In this document: positions 1-13,130 of the stretch, one piece after another
Layout of the letters: the number at the start of each line of letters is the position of its first letter
Numbering within the stretch: the stretch's first letter is position 1
Origin: Eledone cirrhosa
Lineage: Eukaryota
Assembly (NCBI GenBank): GCA_964016885.1
Contig: OZ024740.1
Coordinates: forward strand, 130,076,001-130,140,000
Length of the DNA stretch: 64,000 nucleotides
Direction of reading: 5' to 3'
The notes under the pieces: model-generated
What the model was told of the DNA's origin: nothing
What the model saw: the letters and a program-made list of their open reading frames with translations, nothing else
Databases searched by the model: none
Position numbers and translations under genes: made by a program

Positions 1-200
1 ATGGGAAGTATTTATACTCCATCCATCATTTCTATCTTCATGACAGCCAGTTACACCTGACAGGCTTGATAAATGCTTTTGTGTTAGGTGCTACTATATT
101 CATGGCTAGTGTAATCAGTATTCGAGAATCCTGAACGTTGTCAAACACCATTTGGTATTCGATCCATACCATACTGATGATTTTGTGTTTTTTGCAGTTA
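1..200 (-). pseudogene. Decayed R4/Dong-type RT fragment
   Basis: Minus strand reads VWIEYQMVFDNVQDSRIL, which matches GWVDYKKAFDMVPHSWL in the Dong-like ORF 8003..8401. It is cut off by the ATT-rich tract where Tx1 copy A starts. Confidence 0.55.
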
Positions 201-607
201 CTATTAATATTATTATTATTATTGGTCTGTTCGGACGTCTTTTTTGCTCGCTCCCAGAAAAACGCCTTATGTACCTGTTATAATTATTTGTTGTTAATTT
301 TATCTTGTTGTGTAAGGGATATAAGCCCTTGGAATTTGCCCCTTGAAGGGGAAAATATAATATTTGGGCCTTTTGACCCAAATTTATGAACAATATTTGA
401 ACATTTTACTTTTAAAATTAAAAAAAAAACTTGCCTGACCCATGCCCTTAGCAATGTGTCTACTGTCGTATGACAACGGCGTAACAGTTGAGAGGAGGGT
501 TACAGAAATTAATACAACAAACACCACCATAAACAACGTGAACAAAGACAACAACACTGAGAACACTCATTTAAAAAAAAAATACTAGACCATCTACAAC
601 AATAACA

Positions 608-1615
608 GTGAAAACCAAAATACAGACAACAGAAAAAAATGACAACAAATGCAACAACGATATTAACACCACTAACAAGAAAATAAACAACGATAACACC
701 AACAGCAACAATACAAATTGCACCGAAAACAACAACAACGGTGAGACCAAAAACACAACCAACTACAACGGTGATAACAGCAACAACACCAACAACACGG
801 TTTGTAGCAGTAGCAACAGCAATAGCACCAACAACAAGATCGGTAGCAGCAATAGCCGCAGCAATAATGGTACCGCTGAAAAAGGGGCCACTTCATTCGC
901 AGGTGTGGCCAGAAATGTCGAGACAATGCTAATCAGGGAGGAGGAGATGGCAGTCGCAAGAGCCATAGTGACAAGAACCGTCAATAGAGTTTCAATGAAA
1001 TCTCCACCCGATTTTTTCAAAGACCAGCAGCTGCGTACCGTGACTTACAGCACCCTCAGCAAAATGTCACATAGTGTGGAGAGAGACAGGGTGGCTCAAA
1101 TCCAAAAGACCTTGGGGTGCATCTGCGCGCGCAAAACCCACATCACCCGATGCAAAAGGTCCGCCACAGTAGACGTCGTTTTCGCCACCCCACAAGAGGA
1201 GAAGTCTCACTCTTTGGAAACCCTAAAGAGTGATGAGATATTATTGGTGCCCTCCTACTGCGAGCAGAGAATTGTGAGGGTGAAAGTGACCCAGGTCTCG
1301 ACCGAGATGCCCATACCTTGGCTGGCCACATCTGTACTTGCTGGAATCGAGGAGAAGACCGCCATACTGCAAATACAAAGACGGGGAAGAGAGAACTGGT
1401 CAGGAATAGGCATGCAAATACCAATCCAGACTGACCAGGACTGCATCGAGGCCATCCCAGACATCATAGACCTCGAGGAAGGATTACAACTCCCTATAAG
1501 CATGGAAAGAAGGCGCCCAAAGTGCTATCTCTGTGGGCAGACGGGTCACCACAGGGCCTTCTGCCCGCAGAAGACAGGCGAGAAGAGACAGCCCAGCCCT
1601 TCTTCCAACGCCTGA
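608..1615 (+). pseudogene. Tx1 ORF1 (gag-like nucleic-acid-binding protein), frameshifted after the zinc knuckle
   Basis: Asn/Thr-rich N-terminus and CYLCGQTGHHRAFC (C-X2-C-X4-H-X4-C). Homologous to ORF 51638..53074. Confidence 0.85.
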
Positions 1616-2444
1616 TCCGCTGCTACCAAGAGCAGGGCAAGCAACAGATACAGAAGACCCTTCCATGGTGAGTAGGAGGGCAACGTCCGTAGCATCCATA
1701 CCAAGGCCATGGAAACTAAACAGCGGCAGCTGTGGCGGCAACACCAACAGTCACAGTAGATACATCGGCGGCAAAATCGACGGAGCGGGCTCTACTACCA
1801 CCACCAACAGCAGTGGAGCTCATACCCCTCCCAGACGCGACGGAAACTAACATGGGGTCTGAGGCGGGAGGGAAGTGGCAAAAGGTGTGCCACAAAAAAA
1901 AATGAAAAAAACCTCATCTTCACCCTCCAAAAGCGAAGGCAAACAAAGATGGGTAAAGGCTGCAAGGAGACCTGCAGCAACACCACCACCATCACCACCA
2001 CTAGCATCACCACAAAAAACAACCACACGACCACCAGCATCATCAAAAACACCAACATCGCAAACACAACAAAACACTAATGCCCAACAGCAACAAGAAA
2101 ACAGCAACAAAATCACCTCTCCGACCAAAAAGTACACAGCCATAAATATGGCAAATAAAGAAGTCTTACAACATATAAAGCAGACCAAATTACTACACCC
2201 CACCAACACCAAGAACGCTTCCGAAAAACATAAACATCATTGAAATCAAAATATAATATTACAAACTTTTAAAAGAAAAATTCCCCAACGGAGTTGGAGA
2301 CATCTGAGGGTTGGTTACCAAGAGGATATACACCGACATCCTCTTGGAAACACCCATGACCAGCCAAAGCGACGGTTCTACTGTCCCTTCACCACACGAT
2401 CAAGCTACGTCATCCTTTCTCACTTACCCCGTTTCTCATCAAAC

Positions 2445-5400
2445 ATGGCCGTACTTAGAATAGGCAGTATAAAGGTACCTGGAAGCAGGGTCACATGCTC
2501 AACGACCTCGGGTCACTAAACATAGATGTGGTGGCCATCAGCGTGACCAGAATCTCCGAAACACGAGCCTTCGCCCCGATCTTCAACGTCTACAATGTAT
2601 ACGCATCTCCCATCGTGCAGGTTCGGGGGGAGGAGTTGCTGTGCTCTTTCGGAGAGGCTTGGATCTCGCTATATGGGCCATCTTCCTGGACACAGAAAGT
2701 AAGTCGGTGGTGCTGGACTTGACCGGCAGCGAAGGCAATGCTTCCAGGCTAGTAGCCGTCTACGCCCCAACAGGTGCAGGACGGCCAGATTTCTTAAGAC
2801 GTCTAGAGAATTTTCTTGGAACGTCCCACTCTTTAGTGTTAGTGGGCGACTGGAACGGTTTCTTAGATGCACGCTGGGATTATGTGGGGCTAGTAGACAA
2901 TCCAGGAGGGTGTAAAAGCTTCAACAACCTGTTCGGACGTTTTGAACTGTCTGACAGGTATAGACTGGATTATCCGAATGTGCCAATGTGGACATGGGCA
3001 AACCGCACACAAGTATGTGATCTGTAAATTTGACTCAGATAGACTCCATAGGGAAGGGCGCGGCTACTGGAAGCTGAACGCGTCTTTCGCGGCGTGCAAA
3101 TCTTACATAGACCGGATTAGCGCATTAATTAAGCGTGCGTTGAGGGGTGCAATCGTCAACACCAGATGGTGGTTTACCCTGAAAAGGGCTATTAGATTAG
3201 AATCGATATGGTTTAGCAAAGGAGTAGTGATAGAGGAAAGTTAGTTAGAAAGCTAGAAGAGGCGTTTAGGACAGGCATCGCAACCGACGTACTTGCGGCG
3301 ATATTGGTACTCGACCAATTCTTCAACGCAAAGCATGAAGGCTGCGTTGTCTTAGCTAGAGCGCGTGCTCTAAGGCATGATGAGACGAAAGCCGTTCAAT
3401 GGGCTCGGGTGGTGGAGGCGCGACGTTTGCAACAAGTCCACAATTCGGTCTTTGCCTGATCAAAATGGGCGCATGTTGCTCGAAACCGAGCGGCTTTTCA
3501 ACAGCACTTTGCTCAATTGTTCGGGAGCGGCGGTGGGCCGGATCGGAGAATGCACTTCAATGAATACCACGACGGACTGCCGCGGCTCTCGACGACCGCA
3601 ACACAATGCTGCAAAAGGCGAATACAGCAGGTGAAATAGGGGAAGCGATGTCTGTCTGCACGAAGGATAAATCACCAGGTTCGGATGGTCTTCTCTTCGA
3701 GGTTTTCCGTATATGCCACACTTGTTCGGCGACCTCTTGGCAAATGTCTACTGCAACTGGCAGCAGAATGTGGGCATTCCCAGTGCTGTCAGCCGGGGAG
3801 TCGTGGCGCAGCTGAAAAAGACCCGAACAAGGGGGACGTTGTAGACAACTTCAGGCTCATAACTCTGCTAAACGCAGAGTTTAAGATTTTGGCCATGGTG
3901 TTAGCAAAGAAATCGGCGCTTGTCGTCAGTGATCTTGTGGGAGAAGCGTGGACATGCGTTATTCCGGACAGATCCATCCAGGACAACCTCCATCTCATTC
4001 GATACATCACAGAGAGGGTGGTTAAGGAATCTGGCACGGGTGGTCACATCATCATCTTATCAATCTAAGGCATTTGATAGGGTCGACCCTCGGCACCTGG
4101 CTGCGGTCCTCGAGGCGGCCGGCTTCGTGCCCGTTTTTAGGAGGTGGATCGCTGCCATGCACAGCGACATCTCTCGATTGCGAGGGTGAATGGTCACCTG
4201 TCGCAGCCTTTCAGCATCATGTGCTCGGTCCGCCAGGATTTCTCCCTCTCGTGACACTTGTATACAGGCCCTAGCGCCTTCACTGCACAAATTGGAGACG
4301 TTGAGGGGCGTCCCACGCGAACTGGGATGCAGGAGATCCGTGTCGTTTTACGCCGACGACGTCACCGTGATGGAAAGCACCAAACACGTCCAGATACTCG
4401 ACACTGCTCTCAAAGAATATAAAGCGGTGATAGGTGCAAAGGTAAACCAGGAAAAGTCGGCACCTGGAGAGGCAATTCCATGCCGTCTGACAGCGTCGTG
4501 GTGCGCTGGACAGAAGGATCGTTTAAATAGCTCGGGGTTTGGTTCGGTCCGGGCCTCTAGATGGAGAAAATGTGAAGCGAGGTGACGAACAGGGTGGCCT
4601 CTCTCACCCAGAAATGGGTCGAGAGGAGGCTGTCTCTGATAGGTCGGGCGGAGGTGACGAATGCGTACGTAGTGTCCGTCATCTACTACCGCCTGACCGT
4701 CGTACTTTGCCCCCATCCAACTCTAACCAAAATGGAGGGACTGCTCCTCCACTTTTTGTGGAAAGTACGTGCTCCAATGGTCAGACGATCCATTTGCTGT
4801 CAACACCCGTTGCGGGGAAGACTTGGCATGGCGTGGCTGATGATGCGTAAACGTACGCTGGGGCTGCGACATCTCTGGTGCTTCCTTGGCGGTGAAAAGG
4901 TGTGGTCACGGTTTGCCAGACGCGCTTTTCCCCAGCTCGTGTCCTTGACAGAGCTGCAGTCCTGGATCAGGAAAAGAGTGACGGATAGCGCTGGGAAACT
5001 GGAATGACTCCAGGCTGTCACCGCCCTCTACCAGCTGAGCACTAGTATCGGTGGAACCTCCACCTCGACGTTCTATAGAGGGATAGTGGAGGGAAAGTGT
5101 GACGACGTTCTTGGGGAGACCCTGGGCGTCGAAAACGATCAGCTGTTCGCTCTCTGCAAGAAACTTTCAGACCGGGGCCTATGGACAACTTCCAGAAATC
5201 ACTGGCGTGGCAGTGTTACCGGGAAGAGTTGCCGGTCCGAGGTAAGCTCTACAGGCAAGGAAGTGCTACCAGTCGAGCCTGTGCGAGATGCGCGCAGGGC
5301 GACGAAACTGTCCTGCACGCAGTTGTTCAGTGTCCGAGAATTGCTGACTTGTGGAGCTATTTCGAACAGCTGATGTCGCGTGTAGGATGGATCCGGTTAT

Positions 5401-5698
5401 CGACTGAGGCATTGTGCAAATAGCCCCGCCATAGTCTTCTAAAGAGGAGGAAGGTCAGGCAGTTTTCATCTGGCTGGTGGCCATGTCGAAAGATATTGAG
5501 TGGTGGAAAAGCTTGAAAGGGTTGAAGACGAACAATTTCCTCTTCGGTCAAACCCTGAGTAACTTTTTCTAGTTTCACTTGAAGAGGAAAACCAAGGTGG
5601 AAAGGCAACTGCTGTATTCTAGTAAGACTGTTGAAAGGTGGCTGAAAGTCACGAGTCTGGTCCGAGTGAACGGGCCCGATCAGAGTATGCGTCTGTAG
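2445..5698 (+). pseudogene. Tx1 ORF2 (APE endonuclease + RT + C-terminal Zn motif), multiply disrupted
   Basis: Motifs LVAVYAP, LVGDWN, GYWKLN, KSPGSDG, NFRLITLLN, KAFDRV, FYADDV and CARCAQGDETVLHAVVQC, split across several frames. Confidence 0.92.
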
Positions 5699-5994
5699 AC
5701 TGAGGAGTGGGACAACTGAGAGAGGGCGCTTGCTGTGGTGGTCAGGTTGGCCGTGGCCTTTTTGTGTGGTTTTCGCCACGAGTGACCCTTGAATGTTTGC
5801 CCCTTCTTGGGGAATTTAAGTTGTTTGAGTTTTTTTTATTTATAGCCCAATTTTGTTATAACCTGGTTACACGACCAAAACCCACTTCGTATCGTTCTGT
5901 ACTGTTCTGTGCCGTCTCTAATGTTTTTCTTCATGCTAGCCCATGTGGCCAATGAAGAAACCATTAATATTTTTTTTATTACATGCTCTGTTTT

Positions 5995-6098
5995 TTGTTT
6001 TTTTACACTCAGAAATGCCCATTTGCACCGTCCTGTATTGTCCTGTACTGTCATTAATGTCTACTTTGTGTAAACCCTTGTGGTTAATAAAGAAAGCA
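5995..6098 (+). mobile_element. 5'-truncated Tx1 3' tail of the copy-B family
   Basis: cagaaatgcccatttg...cccttgtggttaataaagaaa is near-identical to ~56665-56762 and is followed by (ATT)n. Confidence 0.85.
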
Positions 6099-6128
6099 TT
6101 ATTATTATTGTAATTATTAATATTATTA

Positions 6129-6335
6129 GGGCTGTGGATTTGCAGTATCGGTAGAGGTTCGAACGCCATGTTTTGGCGCATAGAGTTACGTCCCTTGCCA
6201 TTCTGAGTTGAAATCCGGCCGAGGTTAACTTTGCCTTTCATCCTTACGGAGTCGATAAAATAAAGTACCAGTAATGCACTGGAATTTGCTGGCCTTGTGA
6301 CAAAAGTAGAAACAATTATTATTATTAGTATTATT
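6129..6335 (+). mobile_element. tRNA-derived SINE with (ATT)n tail (Octopus-type)
   Basis: B-box-like gagttgaaatcc, core ttgcctttcatccttacgg.gtcgataaaataaagtaccagt, tail gtagaaacaattattatt. Five more copies occur in the window. Confidence 0.85.
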
Positions 6336-9300
6336 CCTTGTGTCTCAGTCATTGATATTATTTAACTGCAAAGTTTGTTGAAATGACTATCAAGCCACTA
6401 CCTGCAGCTTCAATATTCAGGACGTATCGGAGGGTTCTTGTTGTTCTCAGCAAGCATGCCTTTTGAAGTGTTCCAAAAAGCGGGGCGGGACGAATTTATT
6501 TAACCATCTTTGGAAACTCTTTGAGATAGTACCTAGTGCGCCTTGACCTCATGGCAGTTCCAAATCCGTTTTACCTCCCACTTTAGGTCCTGGTATCGGT
6601 TAATGTTCTCCCTCTCCTTCTCTTGCACTCTCGTGTGGAATGGACAGGCCACATCCACAATCAGGCACGATTTTTTCCCCTTGTCCAAAACCAACAGGTC
6701 AGGTCTATTGTGTATCAGTTTCTTGTCCGTCTGTATCCTAAAATCCCACAGCAACTTCACCTGATCGGTTTCCATCACCGACTCTGGCTTATGCTCATAG
6801 CACTTCTGAGAATGTGGTAAATAGGTGCCAGTTGATCACCCTGCCAATCATATCATGTCTCCAGCCTTTATAGTGAGTTTGGGCTAGGTCTTTACACTCG
6901 GATACAATGTGAGCCACAGTCTCCTCTCTCTCTCTCCACAGATCCTACACAGTGGGCTAGCCTCCTCCTCCTTGTAATTATGGTGTTTCAGCCACTTCGT
7001 TTTGAGGGCCTGCTCTTGCGCAGCCATTAGCATTCATTCTATAGCCTTTTTAAGGTCTCCTCTTTTCAAACAGTTTCATGTCTGTGGATCTCTAAATTCA
7101 GTTTTCTCAAAGAAGGCACGATGAAGGGATTTTTCATGAAGGCTTCTCTTTCCCCTTGTTGGTATATCCTCCTCGGACATCCCTGGTCTATTGTCCTCTC
7201 CTTCAGTACAATTTTGAGCATTGACTCCCTACTATCTGTCACGTATTTGTGTAGGTTGTTTTTCTCCATCTGAACACAGTCCTCTATGCTGATAAGACCT
7301 CTTCCAACTTCAGATCTCCTTAAGTAGATTCTAGCGACATCACTCCTTTTGTCGAACATGTTGTAGATAGTCAATAGCTTCCTAGTCTTCCTATCCATTT
7401 CTTTTTGTTCAGCAACATTCCATCTCAGAATATCCGCACAGTACCTAATAATAGACACTGCTCGGGGATTTACTGCACTTAGGGCATTCCTACTGTTCAG
7501 ATGTGACTTTAGTACGCTACTTACTCGCCGAATGTATTCAAACCTTATCAATTCCTTAATTTTGTTGTTCTTGATGTCATCATACTCCAAAATACCTAAA
7601 TATTTGTATCCCTCTTCAGTATCAATTTCCTTTACCATCTCACCTGTTGGTACCTGGATTCCGTTGCTTCTGCTCAATTTACCCCTCTTCATCACAAGGA
7701 TCCACACTTACTAATAACAAATTGCATACATATATCATTGCTGAAAATACGGACAGTGTCAACAAGCACATCCAACTCCTTCTCACTCTACCCGAAGAGC
7801 TTAAGATCGCACAGAAAGAGGAGGTCATTTGATGGTAAGCTCTCCCTTTCCCAACTTGTATCCTGCACTCACTTTTTGCAGTTTAATTGTCAGTGTATCA
7901 AGGCAAGGACAAACAACAGAGGGGACAGACTATCTCCCTGGAAGATACCTCTCTTGATCCTCACGCCTCCCAAGATTCTCCGCCCGATGTTAACTCTGTT
8001 TTTCAGGACTTCATACTTTTGCTCAACAACTGTCTGATGTTATCTACCACACTGAAGGTCACAAGGCTTTTGGTTAACCAAGAATGAGGTACCATGTCGA
8101 ATGCCTTTTTGTAGTCCACCCATCCCATGGCAAGACCAGTGTGTCTCCTCCTGCAATTTCTCATTACCATCTTATCAATAAGTAACTGGTCATTTGTACC
8201 ACGGGACTTCTTTCGGCATCTTTTCTGTTCGTCCGGTAATAAGTTGTTTATGTGGAGGAGATGGTATATTTCATCATACACAATGCTTGTTAACAGTTTC
8301 CACATTACGGACAGACATGTGATAGGTCTATAGTTGGTAATATCATTACCCTTGGTTCGGTTTTTCATTACCAGAACTGTGGTACCTTTTGTCAACCTCA
8401 CCTGACATCAAGCAGTCATTGAACATGGTTGTCAGTTTCGGGTGGAGGGATGTTATATTTTTAATCAAATACCCCTGCACACCATCTGGGCCTGGTGATT
8501 TCCGGTTGGTTAGTCTTCTGGCCTGCCCCTTAAGAGTTCCAACTGTGATACTCAAATCAGTTTGTTGGTGTGCCTGTTCACTAATCTCCTTTTGTACTGC
8601 CTCAATCCACATTGCCTGATCATTATGTTCAACATCCTGCTCCCATAATCCTCTCCAGAATGTCTTAGTTGTTCCGCCTCTTCTGTCCCTTCATACTGTC
8701 CAAACAACATCTTCTGGTTGTTGTCAAACATGCGGTTCTGTCTATACTGACTGACTCTGCTCTCGTATCGCCTAGTTTTAGCTCTCTTTGCTACAATGCG
8801 TTGCTCCAGTTGCGCTATGATAATATGTAACTTTTTCCTCCTAGATTTGTATTTTATTTCCAGTCTATTTTTAGTGTGTATGTTTTGTAGTGTCCCATTC
8901 AGTAGGGACTCAAGCTTTCCAATGTCATTTCTCATTTCGTTGATTTGACCATTCAGTCGTTTCTTCCACCAAGGTTCTGAAATCTTTCTTGTTTGTTGTT
9001 TCCTCTCGCTTTTATGCCAAGTAATTTCCTCACCGCATTTGCTGTTGCTTTGAGGATATTGTTGCACTGGTGAAGGCACGTAGCCTTAATGTATGGGATG
9101 ACTTTGTTTACTTTAGCTGTTGTTTCTTTTAACTTTTTCCTGTCTAAAAACTTAGGTTCATAGGTTCCCCACTATCATTGTTCATTTCATCTACCACTAA
9201 GTTTAGGATATCAACCAAATCTTTTACTAGCCCGTCAGCATTCATCGCCTCAATGGCGGTATCTTTGTTCCAGGTATTATTTATTTCAGCATTCAGCTCA

Positions 9301-10545
9301 TTGTCTGCATCGGATGCTTCCTCCGTTCTCTCAACCTCTTCGCTTTCATATCCAACTGGCTCGTTTGCCTGGCTCACTCCACTCTCCATTTCCAATCTAA
9401 TCTCTCTGCTGAGTTCCTCCAGTTCTAACTCGCTTATCCATCTATTAGTTCTTATTACCCGAGCCTGCCTGGCCAATTTTTGTTCATCTAATTTAAATAG
9501 ACCCATCTCGTTCCAGATTCTATGCATCCGTTTCCTATAGCTTTTGGGTTACTCTGCAGGTAACATTGCATACCTGTACTATTCAATCCTATCGTCCAGT
9601 TGGTTCTGGTCCCTTTCCTTCTTCTTCTTCCTCCGACACCAGGAGTATGTGGTTGACAGCCAGGTCCCTGCTGCTGGGCCAGGGAGCACCGGCTGAGTGA
9701 GAGTCTGTCACATGACATTCCAGTCTCCACTTCGCCGTTATTCGAACTGTTTTGGTTCGACATTTAATCGAGGATTGGTGAATGTATGGTTACATAACCA
9801 CCGGTGATTTCATCACCCCCAGTGATTTGATCACCCCCCGGTGATTTTAGCGTGGCACTATCACGCGGTAGACACACATAAACAAACAAATAGGTAAAAA
9901 CCTAACAAAATAAGCATAAGTTTCATTGTAATGTAATGTTTGAATGTCTGACTTAGTTTTTTTGTTTGTGTGTTTGTATGTTTGTTTTTCTTTTCTTGTT
10001 TTCTTTACTTTACGATTTTTGTTGCTGTTGTGCTGTTGTGATTATGATTTTTGATTTTTGAATTTTTGACCGGGTCATCAAATCCGCCTATTTATATCTT
10101 TTGATAACTTCCTCACTTAGTGGGAATACTACGACCCCTCTGTCTTAGCAGGAGTTAGTGGGAGAGAATAGCGGTGGTAGCAATAATGAGTCAGTGGTGG
10201 TGGTGGTGATGTGCTAGTAGTACTTAGCAGGACGTAGTGGGAGAGAATAGCGGCAGTAGCGATAATGAGGCAGTGGTGGTGGTGGGGAGGTGACAGTAGT
10301 ACTATAGTGATGGTACTGTCCACGTAGCCATTTTCCTCATTTTTTACTATAACATTTCTGATCCCAAATTAAATATTAAATATTGGGGCTCTATCCCATA
10401 ATGTGATGCGTTGTCGCTTGCTGAGAGTCAAAATTGTAATCTTATGTTTCATTTGTAATACCAATTTTTCTATCACATTTGTTTTAATTATGTAAAAATC
10501 CAAACTTACGGGAGCGAATCCATAACGTTATATCCACCATGTTCT
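6336..10545 (-). mobile_element. R4/Dong-clade non-LTR retrotransposon (RT + CCHC + restriction-like endonuclease), near full-length, decayed
   Basis: Motifs KSPGPDG, NYRPITCL, DYKKAFDMVPHSW, YKYLGI, GRGLISIED and WDFRIQTDKKLIHNRPDLLVLD...IVDVACP (PD-D endonuclease). The 3' end abuts (TAA)n. The 5' region is shared with 48376-50870. Confidence 0.9.
6420..9763 (-). pseudogene. Dong-like single ORF, fragmented
   Basis: ORF pieces 9488..9763, 9144..9527, 8552..9079, 8346..8612, 8003..8401, 7066..7707 and 6533..6778 are colinear parts of one RT-REL protein. Confidence 0.88.
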
Positions 10546-10559
10546 TTTTCTTCCCTTAT

Positions 10560-10702
10560 TTAGCAAGTTTATTGAAAGGTGGGTGAATGTAGCGAGAATA
10601 GTCCGAGTGAACGGCACCACTCTGAATATACGTCTTTAGTTTGATAGATGGAAAAATTGTGAGAGGGCGCTTGCCCTGGTGGTCAGGGTGGCCGTGGTCT
10701 TT
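10560..10702 (+). mobile_element. Tx1 3' fragment (ORF2 end plus start of 3'UTR)
   Basis: gaaaggtgggtgaatgtagcgagaatagtccgagtgaacggcacc...gccctggtggtcagg matches ~59965-60090. Confidence 0.85.
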
Positions 10703-11399
10703 TATATATGTATGTGTGGGTGTGTGTCTGTATTACGATTGGTGCTCTGTAATAGCGATGTATACATGGATGTATGTAAAGTATATTTGGCAATGTACCG
10801 AATGATGAATTAAAACCATTTAGAATACCATGCGCTATCAGTTTTAAAGTACTGACTATGTTACTTACTTATTTTCGGCTAAAGAAGGGAGATAGGCTGA
10901 CAGTCTGTTCCACGCTGCTTTGTGTTCATCGGAAACACGCACCGTCCTCCTTCCCCCGAACATTATAGAAGCTGGATTCTTATAGAATTCCTGTAATAAT
11001 CAGGTGATGATGATACAGAGCGATTGCCAGTCAAGCAAGAATTAGGAATTAGGATTGGTACGCTGTATTATCTTGTGAAGGACACATATACAAGTGTATG
11101 ATATATTAGTAGATTATTTAATACTTCCTTTGAATTATTCTTTATTCCCAATTCATGCTAAGTGACAACCCGACACCTGAGGCAAAATTTGATAATACAC
11201 ACATATTACTGATAATTTCGATAATCATGATTACACAAAGACATACACTACACACGGTAAATGTCGTTGCAATTTTTTTTTTTAATTGATAAACCCTTCT
11301 CAGACAAAAGCAGTGCTAGTCAGTGCTATTTTCAGTTATATGGTCCAAATATTTTTCAGACACATTTTTTATCATTCCAATTGTACAGACTATCACTGG

Positions 11400-13130
11400 T
11401 GCGGTACATGGCTTTATATGCCACAAATTCAATTGAGAGATGTTTATACTTACTGAGCATTTCGAAATCTTTCGAGGAGATATTACGATCTGATAGGCTA
11501 TTCATGTCATTTAAAAAAAAACATTTTTCTCTTTATTGTCCTTCATAAGCATATCAAATCTGTTGGCTTTGCTTGTTCTGTCAGAGTTCACAGGGAAATC
11601 ACATAGGAGTTTCATCAGGCTGATCGTTGTATGATTTTCCATCTATGTTCAATACATAAAACCTGATAATTACTGCCACACACCACTATGGCTTATTTTA
11701 TATTCTTTGGTAGCTAATATTCTGCTGCCTGAAATCGGGTTGTAAATGGTCTCACATAATCAATCGGCACATTGGCTCTGTTCTGTTTCTGAAAACATTG
11801 GCTTGGAAATTAGGTGTTGAAAAACACTGGCAAATTGAAGCCCTCACGCTCTATATTCAGCAAATAACTCCACAACCACTGAGGTGTAAGAATTTCATCT
11901 ACATATGGTACTTTACTACGGAGAACCAACTGCCCATGCAGTGGTTTCCCTTTCATTTAGGACACAGACTCCGTTGACCTTCATGTCTTGCCAACATTTT
12001 TATGTACTTTGCTATTTTCATTGCAGAATGGACCTCATTCCACATATGTATTCTCAATGTCCCCGAACACTTTGTAGTTTTCTATCTTACTGAATGTAAA
12101 CTGTTCTTCGTATCGTGATCTTCCCTTTCGTGTTCTGTAACCATTTTAATGATCCATTTAATGTACTGATGGAATACAATGGTTGATATTCTGTATGACA
12201 GCTCCGACTGGATCATTCCACCGCTTCCGTTTTATTTTTCTCGGGAGATAGAAAAGATCCGCATCTTGTTTTGGCTGATGTACTTTATTGCAGGACAAAC
12301 GTTTCCTGATCATGGTGTTTATTCATTTCATTAACGCTCTGGCTTATGATATTGAAAATGTTGCTGACAACTGAGATTGCGAGCGTATTTATGGCAGATA
12401 GTTTATTCTTTGAGTTAAGCTTAGTTTTCAAAACAGCTCGTACACTCCGGTAGGATTCCTTCCTGTTTCCCACTTGTATATACTGGTAGTGAATGTTGTG
12501 GCCTTTATTGATCTCTAAATATCTGTGGACTTTTTCCTGTTTTAGTTCCCTGATTACTGTAACCACATCTATTTACACTGGAATTTTCCTTCTGATTCAT
12601 TCTTTATTGAATGCCGCTCCATTGCATTATTTCCAATCCAAACTCAATCCCTATATTATCGCTGAACACCTCAACACTGTTTAACTGGCCTTCCATTTCG
12701 CTGTTGTTTTTGGTATTCAGTTACTAGTCATCTGTATAAGTCATGTTATTTATGGTCCTGCTGTCTACTTGTTGAGCGCTAAAAGCAATGGTGTGAGTAC
12801 ACAGAAAAATATCAGAGGAGAAAAGGAATAATCTTGAAAATTCCCACATTTTATACATATGTTGGTTGATTTATAGTTCAATTTCTATGTGAATGATAGA
12901 TTTGCATTCCATATAGATATATTGTATTTCAGGAAGTTTGATTTTACTGGGTAAATTTTCAGAACACCCCCAAGTTTTCAAATTACATGAATGGAGAACA
13001 CTATCAAATGTTTTTGAATCGTATATCCCAGCAGTACTCAAAGTTCTCTTCTTGTTATGACAGTTTTCCAGAATCAGACAGTTAGTGTGAAATTAATATT
13101 TGGAACCATAAGACTCAATGGAGAGTTCCA
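11400..13130 (-). mobile_element. Older, highly decayed R4/Dong-type LINE
   Basis: ORF 12285..12566 VRAVLKTKLNSKNKLSAINTLAISVV resembles RVSSVLKSHLNSRNALSAVN in 7066..7707. A GIFQ..SPL-like motif lies near 12830 and a KTFDSV motif near 13005. Boundaries are approximate. Confidence 0.75.

Larger units (their letters stand above)
224..5962 (+). mobile_element. Tx1/L1-clade non-LTR retrotransposon, full-length but decayed (copy A)
   Basis: Starts directly after an (ATT)n tract. It has ORF1 with a CCHC knuckle and a fragmented ORF2 (APE endonuclease, RT, C-terminal Zn motif), and is colinear with 50898-56762. Confidence 0.93.

Noticed and set aside
6129-6225. tRNA gene
   Set aside because: Only box-like remnants form the SINE head, and no cloverleaf can be folded.
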